The notes under the pieces were generated by a model. That model saw nothing but the letters and a program-made list of their open reading frames with translations, was not told the DNA's origin and ran no database searches. Below are positions 32,600 through 49,536 of a stretch of 64,000 bases of DNA, in pieces. The stretch covers positions 209,932,001 through 209,996,000 of the forward strand of contig OZ024741.1 in NCBI GenBank assembly GCA_964016885.1, written 5' to 3'. This DNA is from Eledone cirrhosa (lineage: Eukaryota). Both the position numbers and the translations under genes were made by a program. Each line of letters begins with the position of its first letter. The stretch's first letter is position 1.

Positions 32600-34440
32600 C
32601 TACAAACGGAAGAGGGGCCAGAACTGTTTGGGGTGCGGCAGCTTCCACCACCTCACCTGCGTTGGCTTGACTCGTCGAGCTTCCAATTCCCTCGCAGCGT
32701 GGAGGTGCAGGAGCTGCCTCTTCCCCACGTCTTCCCAGCCACTGCCGTCTGGCACACCACCAGATGGGACAGCGAGCTTGCCTGACGCCCGAGCCTCACT
32801 GGTCAACATCCCTCGGCTCAGGCGGCTCCGGAAGATCCCACTCAGGATCCCGAGAGCGGCACGGGTGCCGGTAGCCGATGCCCTCGCTTCCTCGATTGAG
32901 AGCGCCCTGGACTCCAATCGAGCTAGTGACTGGGAGCGGCTGTTCTATTTCGCCCACTCGCCCTCGGCCTCCCCAGCTCTGGCGCTGACCGGGGCGGCCG
33001 GTCAACAGCAGCCTTCGTCAAGGCCAATGTCTCGTCATTTGGGCGAGCGCCCATTCCAAGCGTGCCCAGGGACGCCACACACCCCACCCTCAGGTACCCC
33101 TATACTCCACCCAAGCTTTTGCGTGACCAGGTAAACGCAAAGATAATCATGGGTGATGATGTCTCGGCCGCAGTCAGAGTTGTTGCCTTAGAGGACACTG
33201 TCCTGCAACTCACCGAGGAGTCCTGGCTGCTCTGCGACTCAAACACCCTGAGCCACCCACTGATCTCAGACCCATACCCCCACCCGAGCCCCACTTGCTC
33301 CTTGTGGCTACTGATGCAGATATCATGTCCGCCATCAGGTCCTTCCCAGCTAGCAGCTGCGGAGGTGTTGATGGTCTCCGACCAGGCCACCTCAAGGAGT
33401 TGACATTCCCCCTCTCAGCTGAGGCCGGACGCCGCCTTCTGAGTGCAATTGTGGAGCTCACCAATAGACTCATTCATGGTGCCCTCGACCCTTACGCCCG
33501 AGGCCTCTTTTTTTCGGCCAGCCTCACCGCTCTCAGGAAGAAAGAGGGTGGCATACGCCCCATTGCTGTGGGCAATGTCTTCCGGAGGCTGGCTGCCAAG
33601 GTGATCTGCAAGTCCGTCACACACGAACTGGGTGAGGAGTTTAGTCCGGTGCAACTGGGTGTCGGCGTGTCCGGAGGCTGTGAGGGGGCCGCTCATGCAA
33701 CCAGGCAGTTCTTCAGCAGCTCCCATCGGTACCGGCATCCAGGGACTCCAGGCACCTCATTGTCAAGCTTAACATGAGGAATGCTTTCAACTCTTTACGC
33801 TGGGATCATCTGCTCGAGGCCTGCCTCAGTCGAGCTCCCTCTGCCTACCCGCTGGCCTACCTGTCATATGGAGCCCCGAGCATGCTCTTAACTGCTGATA
33901 CGGTCATACCCTCAGCTACTGGGGTCCAACAGGGTGACCTTTGGGACCCCTCCTGTTCGCCCTTGATATTGACCACATTGCCTGGAGTATCACTGCCCCT
34001 CTCAACGTTTGGTATCTGGATGATGCTACGTTGGGCGGGACGGTACGGCCGGTCTGCCATGACCTTCAATCGGTGGTTCCTGCCCTGACGGGAATCGGCC
34101 TCCAGGTCAACTCGGCCAAGTCGGAAGTGGTGAACGTCTACCTCGATGCTGCGAGCTTTTCAGCCTCCGTCTTGGACGTGCGGTTCATTCTCCGCCAGGT
34201 TCAGGTGACCCCCCAAAGAGGATGTCTTCATCCTCGGGTCACCGATCCACCTGCCGGCCATCCGCCCCACCATCAGTTCCAGGCTTCAACAGCTCCAGAC
34301 TCTCACGAGCCGACTGGGCTTGATTGACGGCCACCCAGCTCTCTTTCTGCTGAGGAACTGCTTCGCCATGCCGAAGCTCCTCTATACACTCCGCAGTGCT
34401 CCATGTTACACCCATACATCTCTTCTCGCTGAGGATGATG
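32600..34440 (+). mobile_element. CRE-clade-like non-LTR retrotransposon remnant (PHD-like finger plus RT), frameshifted and 3'-truncated
   Basis: CLGCGSFHHLTC...WRCRSC; GVDGLRPGHL; GGIRPIAVGNVFRRLAAK; QLGVGVSGGCEG; NAFNSL; GVQQGD/GPLLF; WYLDDATL; GLQVNSAKSE. Confidence 0.8.
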
Positions 34441-34600
34441 TCACGTGATTGATTCTTTTGAATTTGCCACCGACGCAGTAGGCAGTGATTTTTTCAATGG
34501 CTTGGAATTTAGTCCACGCTTTGCTTTTTTCCATCCACTGAATTATTTTTGTATAAGTTCCCTGTGTCCACGTATTGCCTGGAAACTTAGCTGAGAATAG

Positions 34601-34660
34601 ACTTCCCTGATGACGAAAGGCTTCTCCGTACGTTTCTTCAGAAACTAATTAGTTGGAGTG
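34601..34660 (+). ncRNA. Hammerhead-like motif in a probable PLE terminal fragment (34445-34830)
   Basis: acttcc-CTGATGA-...-GAAA-ctaattag-TT-ggagt; stem II is weak; downstream flank matches 22660-22730 in reverse. Confidence 0.5.
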
Positions 34661-34828
34661 AAATTTTAGTAAGTAAGTTAATTTTATAATTTTCTTATTT
34701 TACGTCTCTCATATTATTGTTCTGCATCCCTATGCATTGAACCACAAAGTTACTAAGACAAAACCTATATATTTGCTAGCATAAGTATGCATCTGTGTAT
34801 ATATATGTTACTAGATATACTAATTCTT

Positions 34829-34860
<32 letters not shown>

Positions 34861-34866
34861 TATATA

Positions 34867-38654
<3,788 letters not shown>

Positions 38655-38670
38655 TCATCATATATATATA

Positions 38671-38700
<30 letters not shown>

Positions 38701-38702
<2 letters not shown>

Positions 38703-39268
38703 AATTTATTCATATGTAACCCATTTGCAACCACGCAGCACGCCATGTTTTCATATTCACATATATATTTTCCTCCGCTGTGACCCGTCTGTTTCTTTCT
38801 TACTGTTTCCACTTTCTGTATCTCTCATTTTCTTTTTACCCCCTCTAACAGTCACCCTCTCTGTTAGCCTCTTCCTCACCTTTCACTAACTCACTCTCTG
38901 CTACTCCCTCTCCTACTTCCTCCCGTTTGACCTGTTCGAAATTCTTTCCTCACGCACACTTTGACCAGGTCGGCTGTTCTTTATTCTCTCTCGTCTACGA
39001 TTTCACAGAACGAGTTCACCGATTTCAGGGACTTGACTCCTTCTTCCTCACTTTTCGTTGCATTACCATCTTTGATTGTTTACAGTCTCGCTTGTTCCCC
39101 TTATTTACGTGTCCCAACGATGTTCTTTAGCCGTTGATCGCACCAACCGGAGGTATATATAGTCTTTAAAGCGATGAAATACCAATGAAGGTTGGCAGAT
39201 CACTGATGAAGGACTAAATTTATTCAAATGTAACCCATTTGCAACCACGCAGCACGCCATGTTTTCAT

Positions 39269-39274
<6 letters not shown>
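38701..39274 (+). mobile_element. Family F1: ~515-bp unit with a 60-bp terminal direct repeat
   Basis: taaatttattca.atgtaacccatttgcaaccacgcagcacgccatgttttcatattcac at 38701 and 39215; contains CTGATGA at ~39203. Confidence 0.7.
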
Positions 39275-39358
<84 letters not shown>

Positions 39359-39392
39359 CCCCCCCCACACACACATATATATATATATATAT

Positions 39393-40275
39393 ATAAACGG
39401 AAAAAATGAAACGAAATTTCATTTCTCACTCTTAGTACGGCTGTTACTTAAATATAAGTATGTATACGTACATAGATATATGTATACAGACGTACAGTAG
39501 TATGTATATATATATACATACATGCACACATACATATATGTAAGTATGGATTCACCGAACATTTATTATAATACTCGGTGTGTTTGTAAACAAACATCCC
39601 GAATTAAGACGACAGCTAATAAGCTTGAAACTAGTACAGAGTTCCTTTGTCAGGGTTGAACAAATTACCAACGATGGTTGCTAGACACTGTACGGCTTAA
39701 TTCGGGATGTTTGTTTACAAACACACCGAGCATTATAATAAATGTTCGGTGAATCCATACGTACATATATATATATGTGTGCATGTATGTATATATATAT
39801 ACATACTACTGTACGTCTGTATACATATATCTATGTACGTGTACATACTTATATTTAAGTAACAGCCGTACTAAGAGTGGGAAATGAAATTTCGTTTCAT
39901 TTTTCCGTTTATCGTTTTCAGTACCCCGACCGATTAACTCACTCGATATGCAAATTAGGCTTCTCAGCCGTTAATATGCATAAGGAAAGTATATACTTTC
40001 AGACGTTCAATCATCTGGCAGGAAGGTATACGTTGCTGACGATAGCTAATAAGCTTGAAACTAGTACAGCGTTCCTTTGTCAGGGTTGAACAAATGAGCA
40101 ACGATGGTTGCTAGACACTGTACGGCTTAATACGGGATGTTTGTTTACAAACACACCGAGCATTATAATAAATGTTCGGTGAATCCATACGTACATATAT
40201 ATATGTGTGCATATATGTATATATATATGCATACTACTGTACGTCTGTATACATATATGTATGTACGTATACATA

Positions 40276-40280
<5 letters not shown>
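39393..40280 (+). mobile_element. Retrozyme-like family F2: inverted arm (39393-39612) plus ~1.5 units of 430 bp
   Basis: taagcttgaaactagtacag repeats at a 430-bp spacing; the arm is the reverse complement of the unit; flanked by (TA)n. Confidence 0.8.
40031..40071 (+). ncRNA. Minimal type I hammerhead ribozyme (F2)
   Basis: cgttg-CTGACGA-t agc taataa gct t-GAAA-ctag-TA-cagcg; stem I extends ggaa/ttcc across a bulge. Confidence 0.82.
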
Positions 40281-40316
<36 letters not shown>

Positions 40317-40667
40317 TTTTAGTCTGATACTGGTTCAGTCTAATCCATTCGGATTGGTTTGTCCCAGTTATTCATAGAGAAACATCGGTTAAGGTTGGCA
40401 CCATTAACTCAAGGATGGATGTGGATATATTCATGTATATGTGTGTGTCCGCATGTATCTGTGTGTTTCTCAATATATTGTGTATATATATATATATATA
40501 TATTTATATTTGTATATATATATATGTGTATGCCTGGTTCAATCGGGAGTAACCGCAGTATGTAAGGTACACTCAAAGTATACAGAGTATAAATGTTTAA
40601 TATGGAAATGGCTGCTACAGGACTAGAATTGTTTCACTAGAGAGAAATCATCGGGAAAGCCCTAGTG

Positions 40668-40731
<64 letters not shown>

Positions 40732-40754
40732 ACAGCCATGTATGTATCTGTCTG

Positions 40755-40850
<96 letters not shown>

Positions 40851-41604
40851 ATACATATATATGTGTAATATATATATATGTATGTATGTATATATATATA
40901 TATGTGCACATATATATATATGTATATATATATATGGATGTATATATATATATATATAGATATGACTCTTCTGTGAAATGTAATGTAAAATGCCATTTTT
41001 TTCTCTTCTCTCTCCATCTTCCCCCGGTCCATTCATCTATCCCTATCATCGCCCAGAATCCAATCTTTGCTCTTTCTCAATGCTATTCTATAATTCTATT
41101 TGGTCATGCTAAATAATTGTTTCTACTTTTGGCACAAGGCCAGCAATTACCCAGTGTATTACTGGTACTTTATTTTATCGACCCCGTAAGAATGAAAGGC
41201 AAAGTTAACTAAATAATCTTCTTGTATTTTATAATCCCAAATTATTCGCTTATTATTGTTATATGCTTGTCCAATTATGCCCAACATTCGAGGATATTAT
41301 TTAAACCTTCTCGCTAACTAGCCCATACCCCTCCCACCCGCCCACACTCGCCACCATTATTATTTGGACCAATCATAAGTCAGCGGCCTATGCTTTCACT
41401 TCTTCTGGTTACCTTTCGATATGATGGATGGACTGAAGAATTCTTGAGAGTCTGAAAAATCTGAACACTCAGTGACAATGCCAAAGATAAAGACAAATTC
41501 ACCCAATGCTGCCGGACGAAAAGGCAAGGACTCCTCTTCTTTATTTCGGCCGCGGATGTGTAATATATATATATGTATGTATGTATATATATATATATGT
41601 GCAC

Positions 41605-41639
<35 letters not shown>

Positions 41640-41699
41640 TAACCCAACCCCATCTCCCTCACCCCTCCCTGCGCCCCACCGTTCTCACCCACCAAACGC

Positions 41700-44660
41700 A
41701 ACCCAAAACTTCAGAGTTGGTACCATGAATGTAGGCACCTTAAAAGGTTGCTCTAACGAGGTTGTAGAAATTCTTGAACGTAAGGAGGTTGATGTTTGCT
41801 GCATCCAAGAGACCAGGTGGAGGAGTGGGTCTGCTAGATTCATTGTGGGTAAAAAACGATGCTATAATCTTTTCTGGGTGGGAAATGACAATGGGCTGGG
41901 TGGGGTAGGAATCATGTTAGCAGAAAAATGGGTAACGGCAGAATAATTAAAATAAGACTTGTCCTAAATAGAACTACTGTGACAGTAATATCTGCGTACA
42001 CACCCCAATCCGGACTGCCTGGCGTTATAAAAGACAGATTCTATGAGTCATTGATGCTCACTACCTCCCAAATAAACGACAGTGACTACATAATTATTGC
42101 TGGCGACCTAAATAGTCACGTTGGACAACATTGTGACGGCTATGACGGAATCCATGGAGGCTATGGGTTTGGTACTAGAAATGAGGAAGGCTCCAGAATC
42201 CTGGAATTCTGTGACGCAAATAACCTAACTATCTGTAACACTAACTTCAAAAAACGAGACAATCACTTGATCACCTATAGATCAGGGGAACACGCCAGTC
42301 AGATAGATTATATCCTTACCAGAAGACTCCTTCATGAAGAATGCACCTCCCAACATAGACTCATAGTCAGCGACCTCATAGTCAGGACAAGATGTACAAC
42401 AGAGGAGGACTATCCTCAGGAGAAAGATATGGAAGCTAAAGGACCCCACAGCCAGTAATAAATTTAAAAGCATATTACTTGATGCTTTCGACAGTAAGGA
42501 AGAGCAAGTAGAGTCGTACAATATAGAGGAACAGTGGGCATTCCTGAAAGCTAACCTGCTGAAGGCGACAGATGAAATCTGTAGCGGGAGCAGACCTATA
42601 GGCATGAGGAGAGTAACTTAGTGGTGAAACAGTAAGGTGGAGGAGTCAATTAAGGCCAAAAAGCAGGCTTGGAAAGTATGGCGGGATGGGGGAAGTAGAG
42701 AAGACTATCAAGTGGCCAGGAGGGAAGCTAGGAGACAAGTGTACTTCGCAAGAAGGGAAGCAGAGGAAAGAAAGTTCAATCATGTTCTACAACGCGAGGA
42801 CCAAAAATGTGAGGTGTTCAGGATTGCTAGGCAATGTGTCAAGGAAAACCGTGATATTGTCGGGGAGAAGTGTGTCCTTAATGATGATGGTGTACTTGCC
42901 AACACTGACGCTGATAAGAAGGTAGCTTGGAAGTGTCACTACGAAAGGCTACTAAATGAGGAGAATAAATGGGAGAAAGACAGTCTCCCCCACATCGATC
43001 CAATAGACGGACCAGCAGTGTTAGTCGAAGGTAGTTTAATAAGTAAGGCAATCAAAGATATGAAGACGGGTAAGGCGGCCGGGCCTTCGGAAATAGTTGT
43101 TGAAATGCTGAAAGCATCTGGAACGGTGGGACACACTATGGTCACCCGGATAGTAAATCAAGTCATACAGTATGGGGTCGTTCCGAAGGACTGGCGTAGC
43201 AGCATCATCATTAACTGCTACAAGGGTAAAGGAGATTCACTAGGGGTAACTATAGAGGCATTAAATTAATCGACCAGGTCATGAAGGTCACAGAAAAAGT
43301 AATAGCGCAACTAATCAGAGAGCGAATGAAATGCAGTTCGGGTTTGTGTCTGGTAAAAGTACCACAGACGCTCTTTTCATTGTACGACAACTACAGGAGA
43401 AGTACCTAGCTAAAAGTAAACCCTTATACTTAGCCTTTGTTGACCTGGAGAAAACATTTGACAGAGTCCCCCGCTTCATTATCTGGTGGGCTTTTAGAAA
43501 ACGAGGTGTTGATGAATGGCTTGTGAGGGCTATACAAGCCATGTATAAAGAAACAGTCAACAAGGTTAGAATTAACAACGAATATAGTGAAGAGTTTAGC
43601 GTAAAAGTTGGTCTTCATCAGGGCTCCGTTCTTAGCCCCCTACTATTTATTATTGCCCTTCAGGCTATAACAGAGGAGTTCAAGACTGGCTGCCCATGGG
43701 AACTCCTATACGCTGATGATCTAACGCTTATAGCTGAATCAAATAGAGAAGAAATTCCAAACATGGAAGCATGGCCTAGAATCAAAAGGCCTTAAAATTA
43801 ACATGTCTAAGACTAAAGTGCTAGTATGTAGGAAGGAAAATAGGGCACTGGTCCCATCTGGTAAATGGCCATGCTCAGTGTGTAGGAAAGGAGTAGACAG
43901 AAACTCCATTTTATGTCTCAAATGAAAAGTATGGGTGCATAAAAGATGTAGTGGGATCACAGGTAAGCTAACTAAGAATATAGATTTTATATGTGGCCGG
44001 TGCTCAGGTGCAATAAGTAGCAGCAAGTGCCCACAGAATACTAGCTCATTCCATTGCACAGATGGTTCTATAGAAATAGTGGACACCGCCCGTTACCTGG
44101 GTGACAAAATCAGCACTGGTGGAGGGTGCTCTGAAAGTACAGTAGCTAGAGTCAGAACGGGATGGAAAAAGTTGAGAGAGCTTATACCACTATTGGCCGT
44201 TAAAGGCTTCTCTCTAAAAATGAAAGGCAGATTGTATGATGCCTGCATACGAACAACAATGTTACATGGCAGTGAGACATGGGCATATGTGCAGAGGATA
44301 TACGCAGACTGGAGAGGAACGAAGCTTGCATGATCCGCTGGATGTGTAATAGTAATATACGTGAACGGCAAAGCATAAACGAACTAAGGGAGAAATTAGG
44401 AATAAGAGGGATCAGATGTTGTTTACTCTAGAGAAGACTACGTTGGTACGGTCACGTGATGCGCATGAACGATGACAGCTGTATAAAAAAGTGCAGGGCG
44501 ATAAAAATAGACGGTAGCCACGGAGTAGGCAAACCCAGAAAAACCTGGGACGACTTGATAAATTCCGACCTCACACACTTACACCTCTCCAAGACAATGT
44601 CACTGGACCGAGATCTTTAGCGCTACACAGTAACAGAGAAGACCCGCATTGCCTAAGTAC
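41700..44660 (+). mobile_element. RTE-clade LINE (APE plus RT with an internal Cys/His PHD-like finger), inactivated
   Basis: VGTMNVGTL; IQETRW; AGDLNSHVG; FVDLEKTFDRVP; GLHQGSVLSPLLF; LYADDL; CSVC...WVHKRC...CGRC; YLGD; HGSETW. Confidence 0.9.
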
Positions 44661-44884
44661 AAAGCGAAACCTACAGTCAGTAGGCACCTCTTAACAAAAA
44701 TACACCCCCGTCCCACTACCCCCACCCCATCCACACCACCCTTTTCAATGTAAAGTTATGTTGGTACCACAACATCCAGTCCTAAATAAATGAGGTCGTG
44801 TAGGTGTCACGACAAAAAAACACACAGTCCACGCTGTAATGTGGCCGTGTAGGTAACACGGTAAAAACCTCCCAGTCCACACTG

Positions 44885-45050
44885 TAAACGTGGTTGGTGT
44901 TAGGAAGGGCATCCAGCCGTAGAAAACCCGCCAGACAGTCCTATACGAGCAAGACAACCAATCTTGCCTCAAGTGGGAAAATTCCCGTCCAAACCCATGC
45001 AAGCGTGGAAGATGGACGTTAAACGATGATGATGATGATGATGATGATGA
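44885..45050 (+). mobile_element. SINE/RTE-related 3' segment with a (GAT)n tail
   Basis: ggtgttaggaagggcatccagccgtagaaa...ccatgcaagcgtggaagatggacgttaaacgatgatgat. Confidence 0.6.
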
Positions 45051-45051
45051 G

Positions 45052-45122
<71 letters not shown>

Positions 45123-45203
45123 GTATATATATATATATATATATATGTGTATATATATACGTATATATATCTATGTATGTATATATGTATATATATATAT
45201 GTG

Positions 45204-45272
<69 letters not shown>

Positions 45273-45284
45273 ATATATACATAT

Positions 45285-46031
45285 ATATAAGTATGTACAC
45301 GTACATATAAATATGTATACAGACGTACAGTAGTATGTATATATATATACATACATGCACACATATATGTACGTATGGATTCACCAAACATTTATTATAA
45401 TGCTCGGTGGATTTGTAAACAAACAACCCGTATTAAGCCGTAGTGTCTAGCAACCATCGTTGCTCGTTTGTTCAATACTGACAAAGGAACGCTGTACTAG
45501 TTTCAAGCTTATTAGCTATCGTCAGCAACGTATACCTTCCTGCCAGATTGTTGAACGTATATACTTACCTTATGCATATTAACGGCTGAGTAGCCCAATC
45601 TGCATATCGAGTGGGTTAATCGGCCGGGTGCAGCGAAAACGATAAACGGAAAAAATGAAACGAAATTTCATTTCCCCACTCTTAGTACGGCTGTTACTTA
45701 AATATAAGTATGTACACGTACATATATATATGTATACAGACGTACAGTAGTATGTATATATATATGTACGTATGGATTCACCGAACATTTATTATAATGC
45801 TCGGTGTGTTTGTAAACAACCATCCCGTTAAGCCGTAGTGTCTAGCAACACACCGAGCATTATAATAAATGTTCGGTGAATCCATACGTACATATATATA
45901 TGTGTGAATGTATGTATATATATATATACTACTGTACGTCTGTATACATATATGTATGTACGTGTACATACTTATATTTAAGCAACAGCCGTACTAAGAG
46001 TGGGGAAATGAAATTTCGATTCATTTTTTCC

Positions 46032-46037
<6 letters not shown>
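45285..46037 (-). mobile_element. Family F2 copy: >1 unit plus inverted arm (45849-46037); HHR at 45490-45530 (-)
   Basis: Reverse complement of 45490-45530 matches the 40031-40071 HHR. Confidence 0.8.
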
Positions 46038-46117
<80 letters not shown>

Positions 46118-46166
46118 ATATATATCTATCTATATATATATATATATATATATATATCTATATCTA

Positions 46167-46253
<87 letters not shown>

Positions 46254-46509
46254 ATATATATATGTATATATATATATATATATGAAAATTAGAGTTAAAA
46301 CTCAATTGGAACCCTGTAACTATTAAGCTCCAAGTATAAATACTGAACCGATTAATAATATATAGTAAGAAACATAGTAAACCGTGTGTCTAAAATTACA
46401 AGGGTTGAAAAACCACATTTGTTAGAAATATTTAACCAAGAAGCAGACAGAATGATAAAATAAAAATATATTATACATTATTATACAAACCGCCTCAATA
46501 ACCATTATA

Positions 46510-46589
46510 TCTCTCGGACAGATTATCACTAATCTGTTTCGCCCTGAGTGTGTTTGTAACAGATAATCCTGGGCTTCATCAGCGAGAGA
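46510..46589 (-). ncRNA. Type I hammerhead ribozyme with a full stem III
   Basis: Reverse complement tctctcg-CTGATGA-a gccc...gggc-GAAA-cagatta gtga taatctg-TC-cgagaga; GUC cleavage triplet. Confidence 0.85.
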
Positions 46590-46629
46590 ATCTGATTAAA
46601 TGCCACAAACACTATATATATGTATATAT

Positions 46630-46669
<40 letters not shown>

Positions 46670-46674
<5 letters not shown>

Positions 46675-47245
46675 CAAATAACGAAACGAAATTAAATTTC
46701 GTTTCGCTTCTAACTCACTTTTGTATGACTGACGCTTAAACAATTAAGTTAAAGTGTACATCTACATATGAGTTAGAAGCGAAATATGTACATCTACATA
46801 TGAGTTAGAAGCGAAACGAAATTTAATTTAATTTCGTTTCGTTATTTGTTTTTATCGTTTCCGCTGAACCGGTGCGTACAATGACTCACGTTCTATGCAA
46901 ATTAGTCTGCCCACTACTGATTTTCATAGAAAAAGCATATAACGATATGTGCTTTTACAATTCTCCAGAGAAGCCGGAAAATGGGTATATATTGCTGATG
47001 AGATGTAATAACATCGAAACTAGTCCAATATTCCTGTCTGGCTCTCTGGAGAATAGAGGAAGTGTGTTTCCTTGAAAACTCGTATGACTTTAAAACCCGG
47101 TTCGTCTGTTTGTTTACATACAGACTAGCTGGACACTCACTGTAAAGTGTCTAGTGAAAAACTCGGTACATGTACATATGTATACATGTGTGTATTTATA
47201 TGCATACTAGTACTTCCGTATACATATGTAGATGTACACTTTAAC

Positions 47246-47250
<5 letters not shown>
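46670..47250 (+). mobile_element. Divergent F2-related copy with inverted arm
   Basis: Shares tttatcgttt, tatgcaaattag, tgtttgtttaca and the HHR with F2; inverted segments at 46670-46855. Confidence 0.65.
46989..47031 (+). ncRNA. Minimal type I hammerhead ribozyme
   Basis: atattg-CTGATGA-gatgt aata acatc-GAAA-ctag-TC-caatat; all stems Watson-Crick; GUC site. Confidence 0.88.
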
Positions 47251-47296
<46 letters not shown>

Positions 47297-48270
47297 TACA
47301 CATTTATGTTGTCCCTCTTTTTCTCACACATACTTTCTTTTCCCCCACTTTCTTCCTTTCTTTCACATTCCATTCACTACCTGCCACCATCCCTGCCACC
47401 AAGGGGCGGGTTAATTTGTCATCATATCTCAAAACAGAAAAATATCTTTATCCCTAACCGTCTTACTTCTTATTCACTCTTTCTGCATTTACTCATCATA
47501 ATTACCCCTCCACCCCACCCCACCTCACCACCACCAGCACTACCACCATCACCACCACCGCACCTTCACCTCCGCCCATCACCCAACGTTAACCACAGCG
47601 CCCCGCAGGGGGTCATACCATAGCACAAAACACCTGATGCATTTTAACCAAGAATGTGCACTTTCTTTCAACTACAAGGAAGCTGAGTGCATTGCTTAAT
47701 GCATTCCTTCGTGGAAGCTTAGCAGGTGAGCTAGCGTCGAAGAGGTCAAAGCGAACCAACTTTTCTGTGGATGAGCAATAATTAAAAGTCGTCAGTTAGA
47801 ATATATTTCAATTAAACTGCACACGGTGAACGGGGCTGAAAGAACGAGGGGAAACATGGTGCGGTGGAGGCCTCGTGTTTTGCATATTAGTAAACTGGCT
47901 GTTGCTCTTTTATCAAAAGGATTTTTCACTCATTTACTACGTAATCAATATCTATCTATCTATGTATGTATGTAAATTTATGTATGTATCTATCTTATAT
48001 TACACTCGTAATACATACATATATGTATGTATGTATGTATGTATCTATACATATATGTATGTATGTATACATATATGTATGTATCTATACATATATGTAT
48101 GTATGTATGTATCTATCTTACACTCGTTCAGCGCATCGGTAAGGGTTCTTCTACATGGATATAAAGTAGTGGTCGTACTCGAAAACGAGTTGGCAGCCAC
48201 CATGTATCTATCTACCTATCTACATACATATACACTTATGTGTGCATGTATATGTGAGTGTGCCAGTAAG

Positions 48271-48311
<41 letters not shown>

Positions 48312-48397
48312 ATATGTATGTGTGTGTGTGTGTGTATATATGCCAGTTTAGCTCTCTCTTTCTATATGTATACACACATGTTTATATATATGTTGAG

Positions 48398-48475
<78 letters not shown>

Positions 48476-48492
48476 TTATATATACACACATA

Positions 48493-48546
<54 letters not shown>

Positions 48547-48549
<3 letters not shown>

Positions 48550-49006
48550 GAGAGAATTGGGAGTGTGTAACACTCCACTTATCAAATAGACAGTATATGG
48601 TTAGCTCAATGTCAGAGGACAGAGCTGTAATACAATTAACAACAAAGAGCGCTTAGAACATAGGTATATCTTTAATTGCTAACAGTGTTTCGTCCACACT
48701 AGAAGTGGGACTCTTCAGAGCATAAAGAGTAAATACAAAGTGTACAAGCATTGACAAAGCCAAAACAGAAGAATATATGTGGGGATACCATAAGTTGGGA
48801 GGAGTTTAAGGAGTAAAGTAAAAGGAGCAAGGTAAGAGGAGCAAAATAAGAGGAGTAAAATAAAATAAACATGAAAATAAGAATAAGATTGTACACTTTG
48901 TATTTACTCTTTATGCTCTGAAGAGTCCCACTTCTAGTGTGGACGAAACACTGTTAGCAATTAAAGATATACCTATGTTCTAAGCGCTCTTTGTTGTTAA
49001 TTGTAT
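48547..49006. mobile_element. Short fold-back insertion in (TA)n: tail, arm 48630-48747, spacer, inverted arm 48888-49006
   Basis: Arms appear identical in reverse complement and each carries an HHR. Confidence 0.82.
48914..48959 (+). ncRNA. Type I hammerhead ribozyme (mirror copy at 48677-48722, minus)
   Basis: tgct-CTGAAGA-gtcc cac ttcta gtg t ggac-GAAA-cactg-TT-agca. Confidence 0.75.
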
Positions 49007-49163
49007 ATATATATATATATATTTTCTTTCTTTCTCTCTGTCTTTTTTATAATTGTGCTTAACACTATAACTAATAGAATAATATAAACATTTCACTATC
49101 CAGACAGCTTCCAAAAATAATGGTTGCATTTAATAGGGTACGTCACAATTATTTATAAAACTG

Positions 49164-49249
49164 TTTATATATTGTATTTTGTCTGATGAAGGCATACCAT
49201 ATTTTAATTTGGTATTCCTGAAATATGTATAATGAAATAAATATATAAA
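49164..49249 (+). ncRNA. Hammerhead-like motif
   Basis: CTGATGA-aggcatacca..tggtattcct-GAAA-tatg-TA; stem I imperfect. Confidence 0.5.
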
Positions 49250-49363
49250 TATATATATATATATAGGAACGATCGACTTTCGTCAAATCGAATCGAGGGA
49301 ACAATGTTTCCGTTGGTCTTTCCAATTGCTAATACTATCTATCGGTCGCAACTCCAGGTAGAA

Positions 49364-49483
49364 GGAGCAACGTGAAATAAAGTGTCTTGCTCAAGGACAT
49401 AACGCATCGCCTGGTCCAGGAATCGAACTCACAACCTTACGATCGCGAATCCAACTCTCTAACCACGCAGCCACACGCCTTCA

Positions 49484-49484
<1 letters not shown>
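49364..49484 (-). mobile_element. tRNA-derived SINE head plus start of a conserved core domain
   Basis: Reverse complement A box TGGCTGCGTGG, B box GAGTTCGATTCC, then gtccttgagcaagacact. Confidence 0.8.

Positions 49485-49536
<52 letters not shown>

Noticed and set aside
47630-47880. Possible host exon or conserved element
   Set aside because: No recognisable peptide or reliable splice pair; needs RNA-seq or homology data
49400-49480. tRNA gene
   Set aside because: A/B boxes run into SINE body sequence and no proper acceptor stem is evident
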